This document shows, piece by piece, positions 42,386 to 54,315 of a stretch of DNA of 64,000 bases. The first letter of the stretch is position 1. Every line of letters starts with the position of its first letter. Source of the DNA: Syntrophales bacterium (GTDB lineage Bacteria > Desulfobacterota > Syntrophia > Syntrophales > PHBD01); the NCBI GenBank assembly GCA_963668175.1, contig OY764159.1, positions 4,000,001 through 4,064,000 on the forward strand. The letters are read 5' to 3'. Below the pieces are notes generated by a model. That model saw nothing but the letters and a program-made list of their open reading frames with translations, searched no databases and was not told where the DNA came from. Both the position numbers and the translations under genes were made by a program.

Positions 42386-43753
42386 ATGAAAAATATCCTC
42401 GTAGTTGACGATGAATTAAATATGCGCCTCGTTCTGAAGGCCATGCTGAAGAAGGAGGGATACGACGTCGTCCTGGCATCCGACGGCGCCGAGGCTCTGG
42501 ACATTCTCAAAAAGGAGGAGATAAGCATTGTGGTGTCCGATCTGAAGATGCCCAGGCTCGACGGAATGGAACTCCTGGAGAGGGTATCCCAATCGTGGCC
42601 GTCCATACCGGTCATCATCATCACGGCCCACGGCACGATCGCTACTGCGGTCGATGCCTTGAAAAAAGGCGCTTTCGATTACATCACAAAACCCTTCGAG
42701 CAGGACGAACTGAAGAACATCATCTTTAAAGCCATCAAGACCAAGACCTTAAACGAAGGCGAAGCCCTCTTCCGGCCGGACGATATCGAACGTTACGGCA
42801 TTATCGGCAACAGCAAAGTCATGCTGGAGACATACGATGTCATTAAAAAGGTCGCCCCGACGACAACGACGGTGATGATTACGGGAGAGACGGGAACGGG
42901 AAAGGAACTTATCGCCAATGCCGTTCATGTGAACAGTCCCCGGCGTCAGAACCCCTTCATCAAGATCAACTGTGCCGCTATCCCGGAAAATCTCATGGAG
43001 AGCGAACTCTTCGGCTTCGAGAAAGGGGCTTTCACCGGCGCCGTCGTCGGCAAACCGGGGAAATTCGAACTGGCCCATAAGGGAACCCTGTTTCTGGACG
43101 AAGTGGGAGAATTATCCAAGGAGATGCAGGTCAAAATCCTGACCGTGATCCAGGACCATCAATTCGAGCGGGTCGGCGGAATCCGCACCATCAAAGTCGA
43201 TGTGAGGCTGATTACCGCGACCAATCGCAATCTGCGCCAGGACGTGAAGAACGGAACCTTCCGGGAAGATCTTTTCTACAGGCTCAATGTTTTCCCCATT
43301 CACGTTCCCCCGCTCAGAGAGCGAAGAGAGGATATCCCGCTTCTCGTCGACTATTTTCTGGACAAATTCAACAAGAAGCTGAACCGCTCCGTCAAATCGA
43401 TCGAACCGGCCGTCATGGACATCCTGGAACAGTACGATTGGCCAGGAAATATCCGGGAGTTGGAGAATTTCACGGAAAGACTCGTGCTTATGGCCCAGGG
43501 AGAAACTATCGGGCCCCAGGATATCCCCGGTGAATGGAAAACAGCCGCGGAATCGTCGATCCTGGTTAAATCGGACGACCGGAAGACAGCCCTGAAAGAC
43601 TGGATCAAAAACCAGACGGAAGAAATAGAAAAACAGATGATCACAAAAGTCCTCGACGAATGCGGAGACAATGTGACCAGGGCGGCCAAGCAACTGGGCA
43701 TGAGTAGAAAGGGACTCCAACTCAAGATGATTAAGTATGACCTCCGGAAATAG
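42386..43753 (+). CDS. Sigma54-dependent response regulator (NtrC/AtoC family)
   Basis: Canonical REC (VVDDE, SDLKMP, TKPF), GETGTGKE, GAFTGA and an HTH; paired with the upstream kinase. Confidence 0.95.
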   Translation: MKNILVVDDELNMRLVLKAMLKKEGYDVVLASDGAEALDILKKEEISIVVSDLKMPRLDGMELLERVSQSWPSIPVIIITAHGTIATAVDALKKGAFDYITKPFEQDELKNIIFKAIKTKTLNEGEALFRPDDIERYGIIGNSKVMLETYDVIKKVAPTTTTVMITGETGTGKELIANAVHVNSPRRQNPFIKINCAAIPENLMESELFGFEKGAFTGAVVGKPGKFELAHKGTLFLDEVGELSKEMQVKILTVIQDHQFERVGGIRTIKVDVRLITATNRNLRQDVKNGTFREDLFYRLNVFPIHVPPLRERREDIPLLVDYFLDKFNKKLNRSVKSIEPAVMDILEQYDWPGNIRELENFTERLVLMAQGETIGPQDIPGEWKTAAESSILVKSDDRKTALKDWIKNQTEEIEKQMITKVLDECGDNVTRAAKQLGMSRKGLQLKMIKYDLRK

Positions 43754-43884
43754 CCAAAATCATGCATGAAATTACTCACCAAAAGACGAATCTCTTTTTA
43801 ATATTGCTGACGCTTAAACTTATATGGCGAAGAAATCCGTCCGGTTATTGACACCTGCCGCAAGACAGTGTATCAATATATAAA

Positions 43885-44811
43885 ATGCATGCGGCGGATG
43901 AATGTATGAGCTCCAGTTATCCCATACAGCTGTCACAGCTTATCAGACCAACGCCGAAAGCCATCCTCGCAGAGGTCCGAAAGATTTTCTGCTATCACTA
44001 TCCCAGCAAATATTTCATTGACGTCTATAAGAATTATACGCTTATCAAGCAGCTCTTCGAAGGGAAATTCCCCGGCTACAGGGCGTGCAATACCCATTAT
44101 CACGATTTCATGCACACGATTACCATCCTGCTCAGCGCAATCCGGCTCGTCGACGGGTTCAATCTCAAGAATGATGCTCTGCCGGTTCATGCAGCCGCGA
44201 ATCTCCTCAACGCGGCCCTTTTCCACGACACGGGATACATCCAGGAAGCATGGGACCAAACAGGCACCGGCGCAAAGTACACGTCCACCCACGTAGGCAG
44301 GAGTATCGAATTCCTGACCAAGCACCAGGCTGTTTTTATCATCGATCCGAACCAGTTGGAGAACATCAGCAATATCATTCTGTGTACCGATTTGGGAGTC
44401 GACATAGACTCCATTGCATTTTCCTCGACGGAAGACAGGATGATCGGCTTTATGCTCGCGACATCCGACCTGCTGGCCCAAATGTCCGACCGGGCATACC
44501 TGGAAAAGTTGCTTTTCCTCTATTACGAATTCAAGGACGGGGGAATTGAAGGGTTCGATTTTGAATTCGATATCCTTCGCAAAACGACTGTCTTTTACGA
44601 ATTCATGAAAAAACGCCTCACCGAGACATGCGGAAGCGTCTATAACAATGCCCAAATCCATTTCGAAAAGAGATACATGATCGATCAGAACCTCTACATG
44701 GAAGCGATAGAACGTCACATGGTCTATCTTTATAAAATCATCGAGGACGACAGCACCAACTTCCGCCATAAATTGCGGCGGGGCGCCTGGGTACACACCT
44801 ATCCTGCGTGA
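43885..44811 (+). CDS. HD-superfamily metal-dependent phosphohydrolase
   Basis: YHDFMHT, ALFHDTGY, HVGRS and TSDLL metal-ligand pattern. Confidence 0.8.
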   Translation: MHAADECMSSSYPIQLSQLIRPTPKAILAEVRKIFCYHYPSKYFIDVYKNYTLIKQLFEGKFPGYRACNTHYHDFMHTITILLSAIRLVDGFNLKNDALPVHAAANLLNAALFHDTGYIQEAWDQTGTGAKYTSTHVGRSIEFLTKHQAVFIIDPNQLENISNIILCTDLGVDIDSIAFSSTEDRMIGFMLATSDLLAQMSDRAYLEKLLFLYYEFKDGGIEGFDFEFDILRKTTVFYEFMKKRLTETCGSVYNNAQIHFEKRYMIDQNLYMEAIERHMVYLYKIIEDDSTNFRHKLRRGAWVHTYPA

Positions 44812-44914
44812 CGGACATACCTGCATACCGCCTGATGCATCCCCCTTGAAAGAACAAGACCTCAACAGAACGGAATCGCCCTATACAATGTCGCATATTT
44901 ACGGAGAAAAATGA

Positions 44915-45352
44915 ATGCAGACCCTGGAGAGAGCAATCGCCATCGCGGCAGAGGCCCATGCGGGCCAGATCGATAGAATCGGTGCCCCTTATATCCTGCA
45001 TCCCTTAAGGCTCATGATGAAGATGGACTCGATTGGCGGCATGATCGTCGCCGTGCTTCACGATGTCGTCGAAGACAATATCGCATGGCCCCTGCCGAGA
45101 TTGCACCAGGAAGGGTTCGGCCGGGAGATTATCGACGGTGTCGATGCCATGACGCGGAGACAGGACGAGACGTACCCGCAGTACATCCTCAGGGTTGCGG
45201 AGAATAGGCTCGCGAAGGCGGTGAAGATGCATGATCTGGAAGACAATATCAATATCAGAAAATTCATAGAACAGACCGAAGAGGACCGATACAGAATCAG
45301 GAAATACGAGAGTGCCCTGAATACGCTGAAGGCGATGGAAGCAGGCACCTGA
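44915..45352 (+). CDS. Small HD protein resembling the RelA/SpoT hydrolase domain (small alarmone hydrolase-like)
   Basis: HAGQ, PYILHP, AVLHDVVED, VKMHDLEDN motifs, similar to the N-terminus of Rel in this window. Confidence 0.8.
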   Translation: MQTLERAIAIAAEAHAGQIDRIGAPYILHPLRLMMKMDSIGGMIVAVLHDVVEDNIAWPLPRLHQEGFGREIIDGVDAMTRRQDETYPQYILRVAENRLAKAVKMHDLEDNINIRKFIEQTEEDRYRIRKYESALNTLKAMEAGT

Positions 45353-45642
45353 TGAGGACTTGCCCGTTCAACGTATCAAGCGATACCCTCCAGGCAGATT
45401 GTTGCTTGCTTTATCGGCCACTTTTTTGTGATGAACATAGCCTAATGACTTTCACCGCCTGGGCGTCCGTTCTTCCATATAATACCTCGATTTTCCGTTC
45501 ATTTGATCAGACTCTTGTTGTTGCATCGCCCTTCTGATAGAATTTGGACATGATCTTCCGGGCAGGGGCTTCCGGGTTGTCCTCATATGCGGGGCATTGA
45601 AGTCATGCCGCGAACCATATTACAACGAAAGAGACGACGGCG

Positions 45643-46557
45643 ATGCCCAGTCGGTATCTTTATTCTGCTGATGATATCAAGAAAGCCTATGAGCAGACCG
45701 CCGACCACGTCCGGACAAGAAATATCATCACACAATATTCCATAAATCAAAGCGATATCAGAGATATAGCTCTTGAGGGCCTTGCTCTGTCATGGGCGAG
45801 GCATATCCTGGAATTGGGTTGCGGCTATGGAGCTTTTACGAATAAACTCGCCGGTCGTCTTCATCATGATGCGGAAATTACCGGAATCGACATGGTCGCC
45901 GAAAACGGGCCCCATTTTTATGCCGTTGTGGACGCCCTGGGGTATCGCTGCTCGTTCATTCACGGCAACGCATCTCTGATCAAACGCATGGCAACAGACA
46001 GCTTCGATCTCGTTATTGCGAGTTATTCCCTCTATTTCTTTCCCCAGTTGATAGAGGATATCGCCCGTATTCTCAACCCCGAAGGCGTCTTCGTCGTCAT
46101 AACCCATTCCCGGCACTCGCTCGTCGAGATTCTTGAATTCATTCCCAAGTGTCTGACTAAAATGGGCCTCGGCCGTCCGGGAAGAACCCGCCTGGCCCGC
46201 CTATTCGACGTCATCTCCATGGAAAACGGGCATAGGAAGCTCGCCCTCTATTTCGACAGGATAGAAACCGTCCTCTATAAGAACAGATTGATGTTCTCTC
46301 GGGAAGACATCAAGGACTGCCTGGACTACATCATGAAAAAAGATACCCTTCTCTTCAAGGATATCGAAGATAAGTATCCTCTGCAAAAAGAAACTATACG
46401 CTCACATTTCTACAATGACCTGAATCAATACATCATGGAAAAGGGATTCCTGTCCGTGACGAAAGACGATGCTATTTTCCGCTGTTACCATCCTTCAATC
46501 AGGCAGCGCAGAAGACCGAAGCGAAAGAAGAAACCAGAAGTCGTCTCGAATCAATAG
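45643..46557 (+). CDS. Class I SAM-dependent methyltransferase
   Basis: ILELGCGYG, GID, SFDLV, RILNPEG motifs. Confidence 0.85.
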   Translation: MPSRYLYSADDIKKAYEQTADHVRTRNIITQYSINQSDIRDIALEGLALSWARHILELGCGYGAFTNKLAGRLHHDAEITGIDMVAENGPHFYAVVDALGYRCSFIHGNASLIKRMATDSFDLVIASYSLYFFPQLIEDIARILNPEGVFVVITHSRHSLVEILEFIPKCLTKMGLGRPGRTRLARLFDVISMENGHRKLALYFDRIETVLYKNRLMFSREDIKDCLDYIMKKDTLLFKDIEDKYPLQKETIRSHFYNDLNQYIMEKGFLSVTKDDAIFRCYHPSIRQRRRPKRKKKPEVVSNQ

Positions 46558-46884
46558 TATTAATGAGGACATGCCGGAACGGATTTGTATTACAATATTA
46601 TCTTCGAATCTTATTCGATAGTTAAGTTCTATCTCTGCTTTTCATAGTACTTTACTATTTGATGACTTTGGGGTGATACAACTTTTGTGATACAGGCAAT
46701 ATTTTAGTTATCCTCATATGTTAACGTGTATGTACGGTCAAAAGATGGGCCACGGACCATGGATGAGCTTGTTATCGTCCCGGGAAATATGATATTGTTT
46801 ATCATCATTGCCGGATGATATTACAATATCGAAATCGCGGCAGCAACGCAACGAACGCAGGACGGCTGCCTGACAGAATGTGAC

Positions 46885-49269
46885 ATGCGGGAAACACTGA
46901 CAAAAAGTACTTCCGAAAACCATCGCTACCACATCGGATGGACGGAAGACGCCTATCAAGGATCTTGCATATGTACCTGGCCGGATGGCAGCCGATACGA
47001 AGGTCAGATTGAACATGAACACTTTCACGGCCAAGGAAAATTCACATGGCCGGACGGCAGCAGTTACGAAGGAGAATGGGAACTTGACCTTCCGCATGGT
47101 CAGGGTACATTCACTTCTGCTGACGGTAAGGAATTATCCGGCGAATGGATCCTTGGTCATGCCGTTAAACCCAAACCCACCGAAGCTGAATTAGCACAAC
47201 AAAAGGCTGAAGAGGAAGCCAGGCTAAAGGCCGAAGAAGAGGCACGCCTCAAAGCCGAAGAGGAAGCACGGCTCAAGGCCGAGGAGGAAGCACGGCTCAA
47301 AGCCGAAGAGGAAGCCCGCCTCAAAGCTGAAGAGGAAAGCAGACGCAAGGCCGAAGAAGAGGCACGGCTCAAAGCCGAAGAAGAAGCCAGGCTTAGAGCT
47401 GAAGAGGAAGCCAGACTCAAGGCTGAAGAAGAGGCACGGCTCAGAGCTGAAGAGGAAGCCAGACTCAAGGCTGAAGAAGAGGCACGGCTCAGAGCTGAAG
47501 AGGAAGCCAGACTCAAGGCCGAGGAAGATGCCCGCCTCAGAGCCGAAGAGGAAGCCCGCCTCAAAGCTGAAGAGGAAAGCAGACGCAAGGCCGAAGAAGA
47601 GGCACGGCTCAAAGCCGAAGAAGAAGCCAGGCTTAGAGCTGAAGAGGAAGCCAGGCTCAAGGCCGAAGAAGATGCCCGCCTCAGAGCTGAAGAGGAAGCC
47701 AGGCTCAAGGCCGAAGAAGATGCCCGCCTCAGAGCTGAAGAGGAAGCCAGACTCAAGGCCGAGGAAGATGCCCGCCTCAAAGCCGAAGAAGAAGCCCGCC
47801 TCAAAGCTGAAGAAGAAGCCCGCCTCAAAGCTGAAGAAGAGGCACGGCTCAAAGCCGAAGAAGAAGCCCGCCTCAAAGCTGAAGAAGAGGCACGGCTCAA
47901 AGCCGAAGAAGAAGCCCGCCTCAGAGCTGAAGAGGAAGCCAGGCTCAAAGCCGAGGAAGAAGCGCGACTCAGGGCTGAAGAGGAAGCCAGACTCAAGGCC
48001 GAAGAAGAAGCCCGCCTCAGAGCTGAAGAGGAAGCCAGACTCAAAGCCGAAGAAGAAGCCCGCCTCAGAGCTGAAGAGGAAGCCAGACTCAAAGCCGAAG
48101 AAGAAGCCCGAATCAAGGCTGAAGAGGAAGCCGGACGCAAGGCCGAAGAAGAAGCCCGAATCAAGGCTGAAGAGGAAGCCGGACGCAAGGCCGAAGAAGA
48201 AGCGCGAACCAAGGCTGAAGAGGAAGCCAGACGCGAGGCCGAGGAGGAGGCACGGTTCAAAGCTGAAGAGGAAGCCAGACGCAAGGCCGAAGAAGAAGCC
48301 CGCCTCAGAGCTGAAGAGGAAGCCAGACGCGAGGCCGAGGAGGAGGCACGGCTCAAAGCCGAAGAGGAAGCCAGACGCAAAGCCGAAGAAGAAGCCCGAC
48401 TCAGAGCTGAAGAGGAAGCCAGACGCGAGGCCGAGGAGGAGGCACGGCTCAAAGCCGAAGAGGAAGCCAGACGCAAAGCCGAAGAAGAAGCCCGACTCAA
48501 GGCCGAAGAAGAGGTACGGCTCAAAGCCGAAGAAAAAGCCAGACTCAAGGCCGAGGAGGAAGCCCGAATCAAGGCTGAAGAAAAGGCACAGACTAAGACA
48601 GAGGAACAACCCCCTTCCGAAGACCAGGCAGCCATGATGCCCGGTCAGGGTTCTATCAATCTACCAGACGGCAGCAGATATATTGGAGAACTGAAAAAAG
48701 GAAATCCCCACGGTCAGGGCATCATGACCTACCCAACTGGTGAGAGATACCTCGGTGATTGGAAAAATGGACGGAGAGACGGTCAAGGCAGCCTGATTTT
48801 ACCCGACGGCTCAACCTATACAGGCCGCTGGAAAAAAGACAAAAGAGACGGCGAAGGCACCATGACCTTTGCAGACGGCAAGAAATACATTGGAGAATGG
48901 GGCGACGATCAATACAATGGGACAGGCACAGAAACAACCGTCGATGGTAAAAAGTATGAAGGTCAATTCCAGGACGGAAAGTACCATGGTGAAGGAACCC
49001 TGACCCTCCCGGATGGCAAGAAATACGTGGGACAATTCCTTAACGGTTTTTCAAACGGCAAAGGAGTACTGGCTTTTAACGAAGGCCGTTACGAAGGAGA
49101 GTTCTTAAACAACAAATACCATGGTTACGGGACTCTGACTATGAAAGACGGCAGACGATATACCGGTTTTCTGGAAAATGGTCTGCCGCATGGACAGGGC
49201 ACCATGCTTCTAGCCAACGGCAAGAAATATATAGGGGAATTTATTAACGGCCGTTTCGTTGAGAAATAA
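46885..49269 (+). CDS. MORN-repeat protein with a long central E/R/K/A-rich helical repeat
   Basis: N- and C-terminal MORN repeats (YEGEW..GQGTFT..DG) flanking about 460 aa of [12 protein letters not shown] repeats. Confidence 0.9.
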   Translation: MRETLTKSTSENHRYHIGWTEDAYQGSCICTWPDGSRYEGQIEHEHFHGQGKFTWPDGSSYEGEWELDLPHGQGTFTSADGKELSGEWILGHAVKPKPTEAELAQQKAEEEARLKAEEEARLKAEEEARLKAEEEARLKAEEEARLKAEEESRRKAEEEARLKAEEEARLRAEEEARLKAEEEARLRAEEEARLKAEEEARLRAEEEARLKAEEDARLRAEEEARLKAEEESRRKAEEEARLKAEEEARLRAEEEARLKAEEDARLRAEEEARLKAEEDARLRAEEEARLKAEEDARLKAEEEARLKAEEEARLKAEEEARLKAEEEARLKAEEEARLKAEEEARLRAEEEARLKAEEEARLRAEEEARLKAEEEARLRAEEEARLKAEEEARLRAEEEARLKAEEEARIKAEEEAGRKAEEEARIKAEEEAGRKAEEEARTKAEEEARREAEEEARFKAEEEARRKAEEEARLRAEEEARREAEEEARLKAEEEARRKAEEEARLRAEEEARREAEEEARLKAEEEARRKAEEEARLKAEEEVRLKAEEKARLKAEEEARIKAEEKAQTKTEEQPPSEDQAAMMPGQGSINLPDGSRYIGELKKGNPHGQGIMTYPTGERYLGDWKNGRRDGQGSLILPDGSTYTGRWKKDKRDGEGTMTFADGKKYIGEWGDDQYNGTGTETTVDGKKYEGQFQDGKYHGEGTLTLPDGKKYVGQFLNGFSNGKGVLAFNEGRYEGEFLNNKYHGYGTLTMKDGRRYTGFLENGLPHGQGTMLLANGKKYIGEFINGRFVEK
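47203..48588 (+). repeat. Coding tandem repeat, 24-nt unit, about 58 copies
   Basis: Unit resembles AAA GCC GAA GAG GAA GCC CGC CTC. First unit at 47203, last at 48571, a difference of 57 x 24 nt. Confidence 0.95.
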
Positions 49270-49490
49270 CCGACCTAAGTCCGTTGAAGTCGATATTGGA
49301 TCAGAACATATTAAAGGGCTGCTGTAAGAAACCCGCCTAATATGATACTGCGAGACCGTCACGAGGTTTGATTTGATGACGTCGTCACAAAGCAGATTGA
49401 ATACCGGGCAAACAAGCGGCATTTCGACTATCTCTGGGCGGAAACCGCGCTGACTCAACTACAGCCCATCTTTATCCGGATAATCGCCGC

Positions 49491-50075
49491 ATGAGAGACC
49501 AGTTAAAACAGATCATACAGAACGAAGAAAAACGGAGCCTCGTTAATTTCGAATGGTCCGACAACCTCTACGAAGGGGAAGGATACTGCACATTGCCCGA
49601 CGGAGGAACATATAACGGACAATGGAAGGAAGGCCATTTTGAAGGGACGGGCACATATACTTGGGCCGACGGGACGAAATACGAAGGCGAGTGGCGTAAC
49701 AACCTGCCTGAAGGTATGGGTATCATGACACTCCCTGATTCAAGTCGTTATGACGGGGAATGGAAGGAGGGCTACGCTGAAGGGGAAGGAACGGAGACCC
49801 ATCCGGACGGATCGGTTTACAAGGGCTCATGGAAAAGGGGAGCCAAGGACGGCTCCGGTCACATGACCTATTCCGACGGCAAACAATATACCGGGGAATG
49901 GAAGGATGACAAGTGCCACGGGCAAGGAACCCTGATCTTCACCGACGGTTCCAGCTACAAGGGGGAATGGCAGGACAACAACATCACGGGACGGGGTACG
50001 CTCACATTCTCCGACGGGAAGAAATATCTCGGGGAATGGAAAGACGACGAGTTTGACGTCATCGAAATCTTATGA
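49491..50075 (+). CDS. MORN-repeat protein
   Basis: About seven YxGxWxxxxxxGxGxxTxxDG repeats. Confidence 0.92.
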   Translation: MRDQLKQIIQNEEKRSLVNFEWSDNLYEGEGYCTLPDGGTYNGQWKEGHFEGTGTYTWADGTKYEGEWRNNLPEGMGIMTLPDSSRYDGEWKEGYAEGEGTETHPDGSVYKGSWKRGAKDGSGHMTYSDGKQYTGEWKDDKCHGQGTLIFTDGSSYKGEWQDNNITGRGTLTFSDGKKYLGEWKDDEFDVIEIL

Positions 50076-50122
50076 TCGCTTTCCCTGTTCCGCTCGACGT
50101 TACGTTATCCTCAACTGGACAG

Positions 50123-50147
50123 GCTCGGGCTCATTCCCGGGCTTTTT
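50123..50147 (+). terminator. Probable intrinsic terminator
   Basis: GCTCGGG / CCCGGGC hairpin plus TTTTT between convergent genes. Confidence 0.5.
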
Positions 50148-50158
50148 GTTCCATCCTT

Positions 50159-51357
<1,199 letters not shown>

Positions 51358-51361
<4 letters not shown>

Positions 51362-51867
51362 TTGACTCCGTTTTTAGAATATTTTTCCTTTAATCTTGTC
51401 TCCACGATATCCGGTACCAGGCCTTTTACCGTTCCCCCAAGACTGGCCGCTTCCTTTATGAGATTGGAACTTGTGTAGAACCACTTATAACCGGTCATCA
51501 GGAAGGTCGTTTCAACATCCCGGTTAAGGCGCCGGTTTATTAAAGCCATCTGAAATTCATATTCAAAATCGGATACGGCCCGCAACCCTCTTAGGATTAC
51601 ATTAGAACCCGATTTCCTCGCATAGTCAACCAGAAGTCCATCAAAACAGTCAATCTTAATCCTGTCGCCTCCTTTGATATTTTCGCTTTTGATGACCTCT
51701 TCAATCAATTTCATTCTTTCTTCGACGGAAAAGAGCGACGTTTTGTTGGGGTTGTATGCCACCAAAACGATGAGGCCTTCGAAGATCCGGAGACCTCTTT
51801 CAATGATGTCGACATGACCATTCGTAATAGGATCGAAAGAACCGGCGTAGACAGCAGTATTTTTCAT
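51358..51867 (-). CDS. coaD: Phosphopantetheine adenylyltransferase
   Basis: GSFDPITNGH and RGLRAVSDFEYE motifs. Confidence 0.97.
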
Positions 51868-51886
51868 GAGTGCGGGGAATCTCCTT

Positions 51887-52441
51887 TCAGGAATATCTTA
51901 TAAAAGATAAGACCGTATCGCCATATCTCCTTTCATCCGTCATCATCAGCCGGTTATCCCGAAATGCGTCCGCAAGATTTTCTCTCGACGAATGCTGAAC
52001 AATCACCAAAGCATCTTCCGCCAAGATGTGACAGTCTTTCAGGAACTCCAGCGTCTGCAAAGCAAGCCCCCGTTCATAGGGGGGATCGGCAAACAGGATT
52101 TCGTAAGTATCGTTCCGCCGGGAAAGCCTGTCAATACCCCGTTTGACCTCATCCGCGACGACTTCGGCCAATTCAAAAAAACCGCAAGTCCTTATATTTT
52201 CTCTTATAGCATGAACCATCGCAGGGTTCTTTTCCACGAATACGGCCTTTCGAGCCCCCCTGCTTAACGCTTCCAAGCCGACACATCCTGCACCGGCATA
52301 GAGATCGAGAAAACATTTCCCCTCTACCGGTTGAATGATATTAAAAAGCGCTTCCTTAATCTTGTCAGAGGTAGGCCTGACCGGATGTCCTTTCGGCAAA
52401 TACAGCCGCCTGCCCTTGGCCTGGCCCCCCGTTATTCTCAT
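51887..52441 (-). CDS. rsmD: 16S rRNA m2G966 methyltransferase
   Basis: MRITGG, RPT, DLYAG, EALSRGA, DPPY, YGDT motifs; upstream of coaD. Confidence 0.93.
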   Translation of the reverse strand: MRITGGQAKGRRLYLPKGHPVRPTSDKIKEALFNIIQPVEGKCFLDLYAGAGCVGLEALSRGARKAVFVEKNPAMVHAIRENIRTCGFFELAEVVADEVKRGIDRLSRRNDTYEILFADPPYERGLALQTLEFLKDCHILAEDALVIVQHSSRENLADAFRDNRLMMTDERRYGDTVLSFIRYS

Positions 52442-53451
52442 AGGTATTTCTTGATCAGAATTTCCGCAATCTGGACGGCGTTCAAGGCCGCACCTTTTCT
52501 GATGTTGTCCGAGACGACCCACATATTGATGCCGTTGGGTATCGATTCATCCTCCCTGATCCGTCCGACAAAGGTATCGTCCTTGCCGGCGGCATGGATG
52601 GCAAGGGGATAGGCCTTCTCCTGCGGATTGTCGATCACGGTGACGCCGGGGGCCTTTGCCAGAAGGCGCTTCACTTCATCGGCGCTGATTTTCTTCTCCG
52701 TCTCGATGTTGACGGACTCGGAATGACTGTAAAATACAGGGACTCGCACCGTGGTCGCCGTCACGGCAATAGACGGGTCCATGATTTTCTTGGTTTCATT
52801 GACCATCTTCATCTCTTCTTTTGTGTAGCCGTTGTCGATAAATACATCGATCTGGGGCAGGCAGTTGAAGGCTATCTGATGGGGATAGACCTTGACCTGG
52901 GGCTCCCTGTTGCTCATAATGGCCAGTACCTGCTTCTCGAGTTCATCGATGGCTTTCTTACCGGTTCCCGAAACAGCCTGATAAGTCGATACGACGATTC
53001 TTTTTATCCGGACGGCGTCGTGAATCGGCTTCAAGGCGACGACCATCTGAATGGTCGAGCAGTTTGGATTGGCTATGATACCTTTGTTTTTATACATTGC
53101 AATCGCTTCCGGATTGACTTCCGGGACAACCAGGGGAATATCCGGGACCATCCGGAAAGCACTCGTATTGTCAACGACTACACACCCGGCTTTTGCGGCT
53201 ATCGGTGCAAATTTCTCGCTGATGCTTCCGCCCGCGGAAAACAGACCGATTTGAACTCCGGCGAATGAATCCTCTTTCAGCACTTCAACCGGATATTCCT
53301 TTCCCCGGAATTCGAGTTTAATCCCCAGCGAACGTTCGGACGCGAGCAATTTAAGACTCCCGACAGGGAAATCCCTCTGTTCCAGAGTCTTGATCATTTC
53401 GTTCCCGACAGCACCAGTTGCGCCCACAACCGCTACGTTAAACTTCCTCAT
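52438..53451 (-). CDS. asd: Aspartate-semialdehyde dehydrogenase
   Basis: GATGAVG, ANPNCSTIQ, YQAVSG, DNIRKGAALN motifs. Confidence 0.97.
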   Translation of the reverse strand: MRKFNVAVVGATGAVGNEMIKTLEQRDFPVGSLKLLASERSLGIKLEFRGKEYPVEVLKEDSFAGVQIGLFSAGGSISEKFAPIAAKAGCVVVDNTSAFRMVPDIPLVVPEVNPEAIAMYKNKGIIANPNCSTIQMVVALKPIHDAVRIKRIVVSTYQAVSGTGKKAIDELEKQVLAIMSNREPQVKVYPHQIAFNCLPQIDVFIDNGYTKEEMKMVNETKKIMDPSIAVTATTVRVPVFYSHSESVNIETEKKISADEVKRLLAKAPGVTVIDNPQEKAYPLAIHAAGKDDTFVGRIREDESIPNGINMWVVSDNIRKGAALNAVQIAEILIKKYL

Positions 53452-53538
53452 TGCTTCTCTCCATTTCGTTCAAATTAAAAGGTGCAACAGCAACCCAGGC
53501 TGCGGCACCCGAATTCACACATTTTCTTCTATGAGATG

Positions 53539-54315
53539 TTAGTGATGATTCCGATAGTGCGCCGCTCTCGCATTGGCCTCGGTGATCAACTTCCTGGCGA
53601 TCTTATAGACCAGCCAGACCGGTCCCGATAAACTATATCCGACAAAAAAAGTAAAGATCGTAATTTCCGGCTCCATGATGACGATGATCAGTATAACAAT
53701 AATGGCTACCAACGCCCGAAACGGTTTCCGGGCAAAGAAATTAAGATCCTTAAAGCTGTAATACTTGATACTGCTGACCATAAAGAGGGACAGCATGGCC
53801 ACCGCTACCAGCATCACCGGATGATTGAAGGTCCCATCCCCATGGAGATGATGGAAGAGAACCATAGTCGCGATCACGGAAGCGGCACCCGGTATCGGAA
53901 GACCGTTGAACACCTTGCTTTCGATAATGCCGATCTGGATATTGAATCTGGCCAGGCGCAACGCCCCGCATGTCACAAAGAGGAATGCCGCCCCCCAACC
54001 CCATTTCCCAAAGGGAGCCAAAGCCCACGTATAGGCAAGTATGGCCGGGGCGACACCGAAAGCCACCAGATCTGACAAAGAATCGAATTCCGCACCGAAC
54101 TTGCTCGCTGTATTGGTTATGCGGGCAATTCTCCCATCGAGGCCGTCGAGGACAAGGGCGACCAAAATGGCTATGGCCGCGACGTAATACTGGCCTTTCA
54201 TCGAGCTGATAATGGAATAAAAACCGCTGAAGAGGCTTGCGGCCGTGAAGAGATTGGGAAGAACATAAATTCCCTTCTTCATCCCGTCTTTCGTCAATCG
54301 ATGCTGCTTGTTCAT
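53539..54315 (-). CDS. pssA: CDP-diacylglycerol--serine O-phosphatidyltransferase
   Basis: LPNLFT, DGLDGRIAR...FGAEFDSLSD, LRLARFN motifs. Confidence 0.95.
   Translation of the reverse strand: MNKQHRLTKDGMKKGIYVLPNLFTAASLFSGFYSIISSMKGQYYVAAIAILVALVLDGLDGRIARITNTASKFGAEFDSLSDLVAFGVAPAILAYTWALAPFGKWGWGAAFLFVTCGALRLARFNIQIGIIESKVFNGLPIPGAASVIATMVLFHHLHGDGTFNHPVMLVAVAMLSLFMVSSIKYYSFKDLNFFARKPFRALVAIIVILIIVIMEPEITIFTFFVGYSLSGPVWLVYKIARKLITEANARAAHYRNHH

Noticed and set aside
46759..46884. In-frame upstream peptide MDELVIVPGNMILFIIIAG-TGA, which suggests a broken lipobox or read-through into the MORN gene
   Set aside because: It has no basic n-region, and the paralogue at 49491 begins at the equivalent MR position, supporting 46885 as the true start.
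47157..48637. Long alternative-frame and antisense ORFs across the repeat, and its resemblance to a CRISPR array
   Set aside because: These are shadows of the in-frame 24-nt coding repeat. There are no unique spacers and no cas genes.
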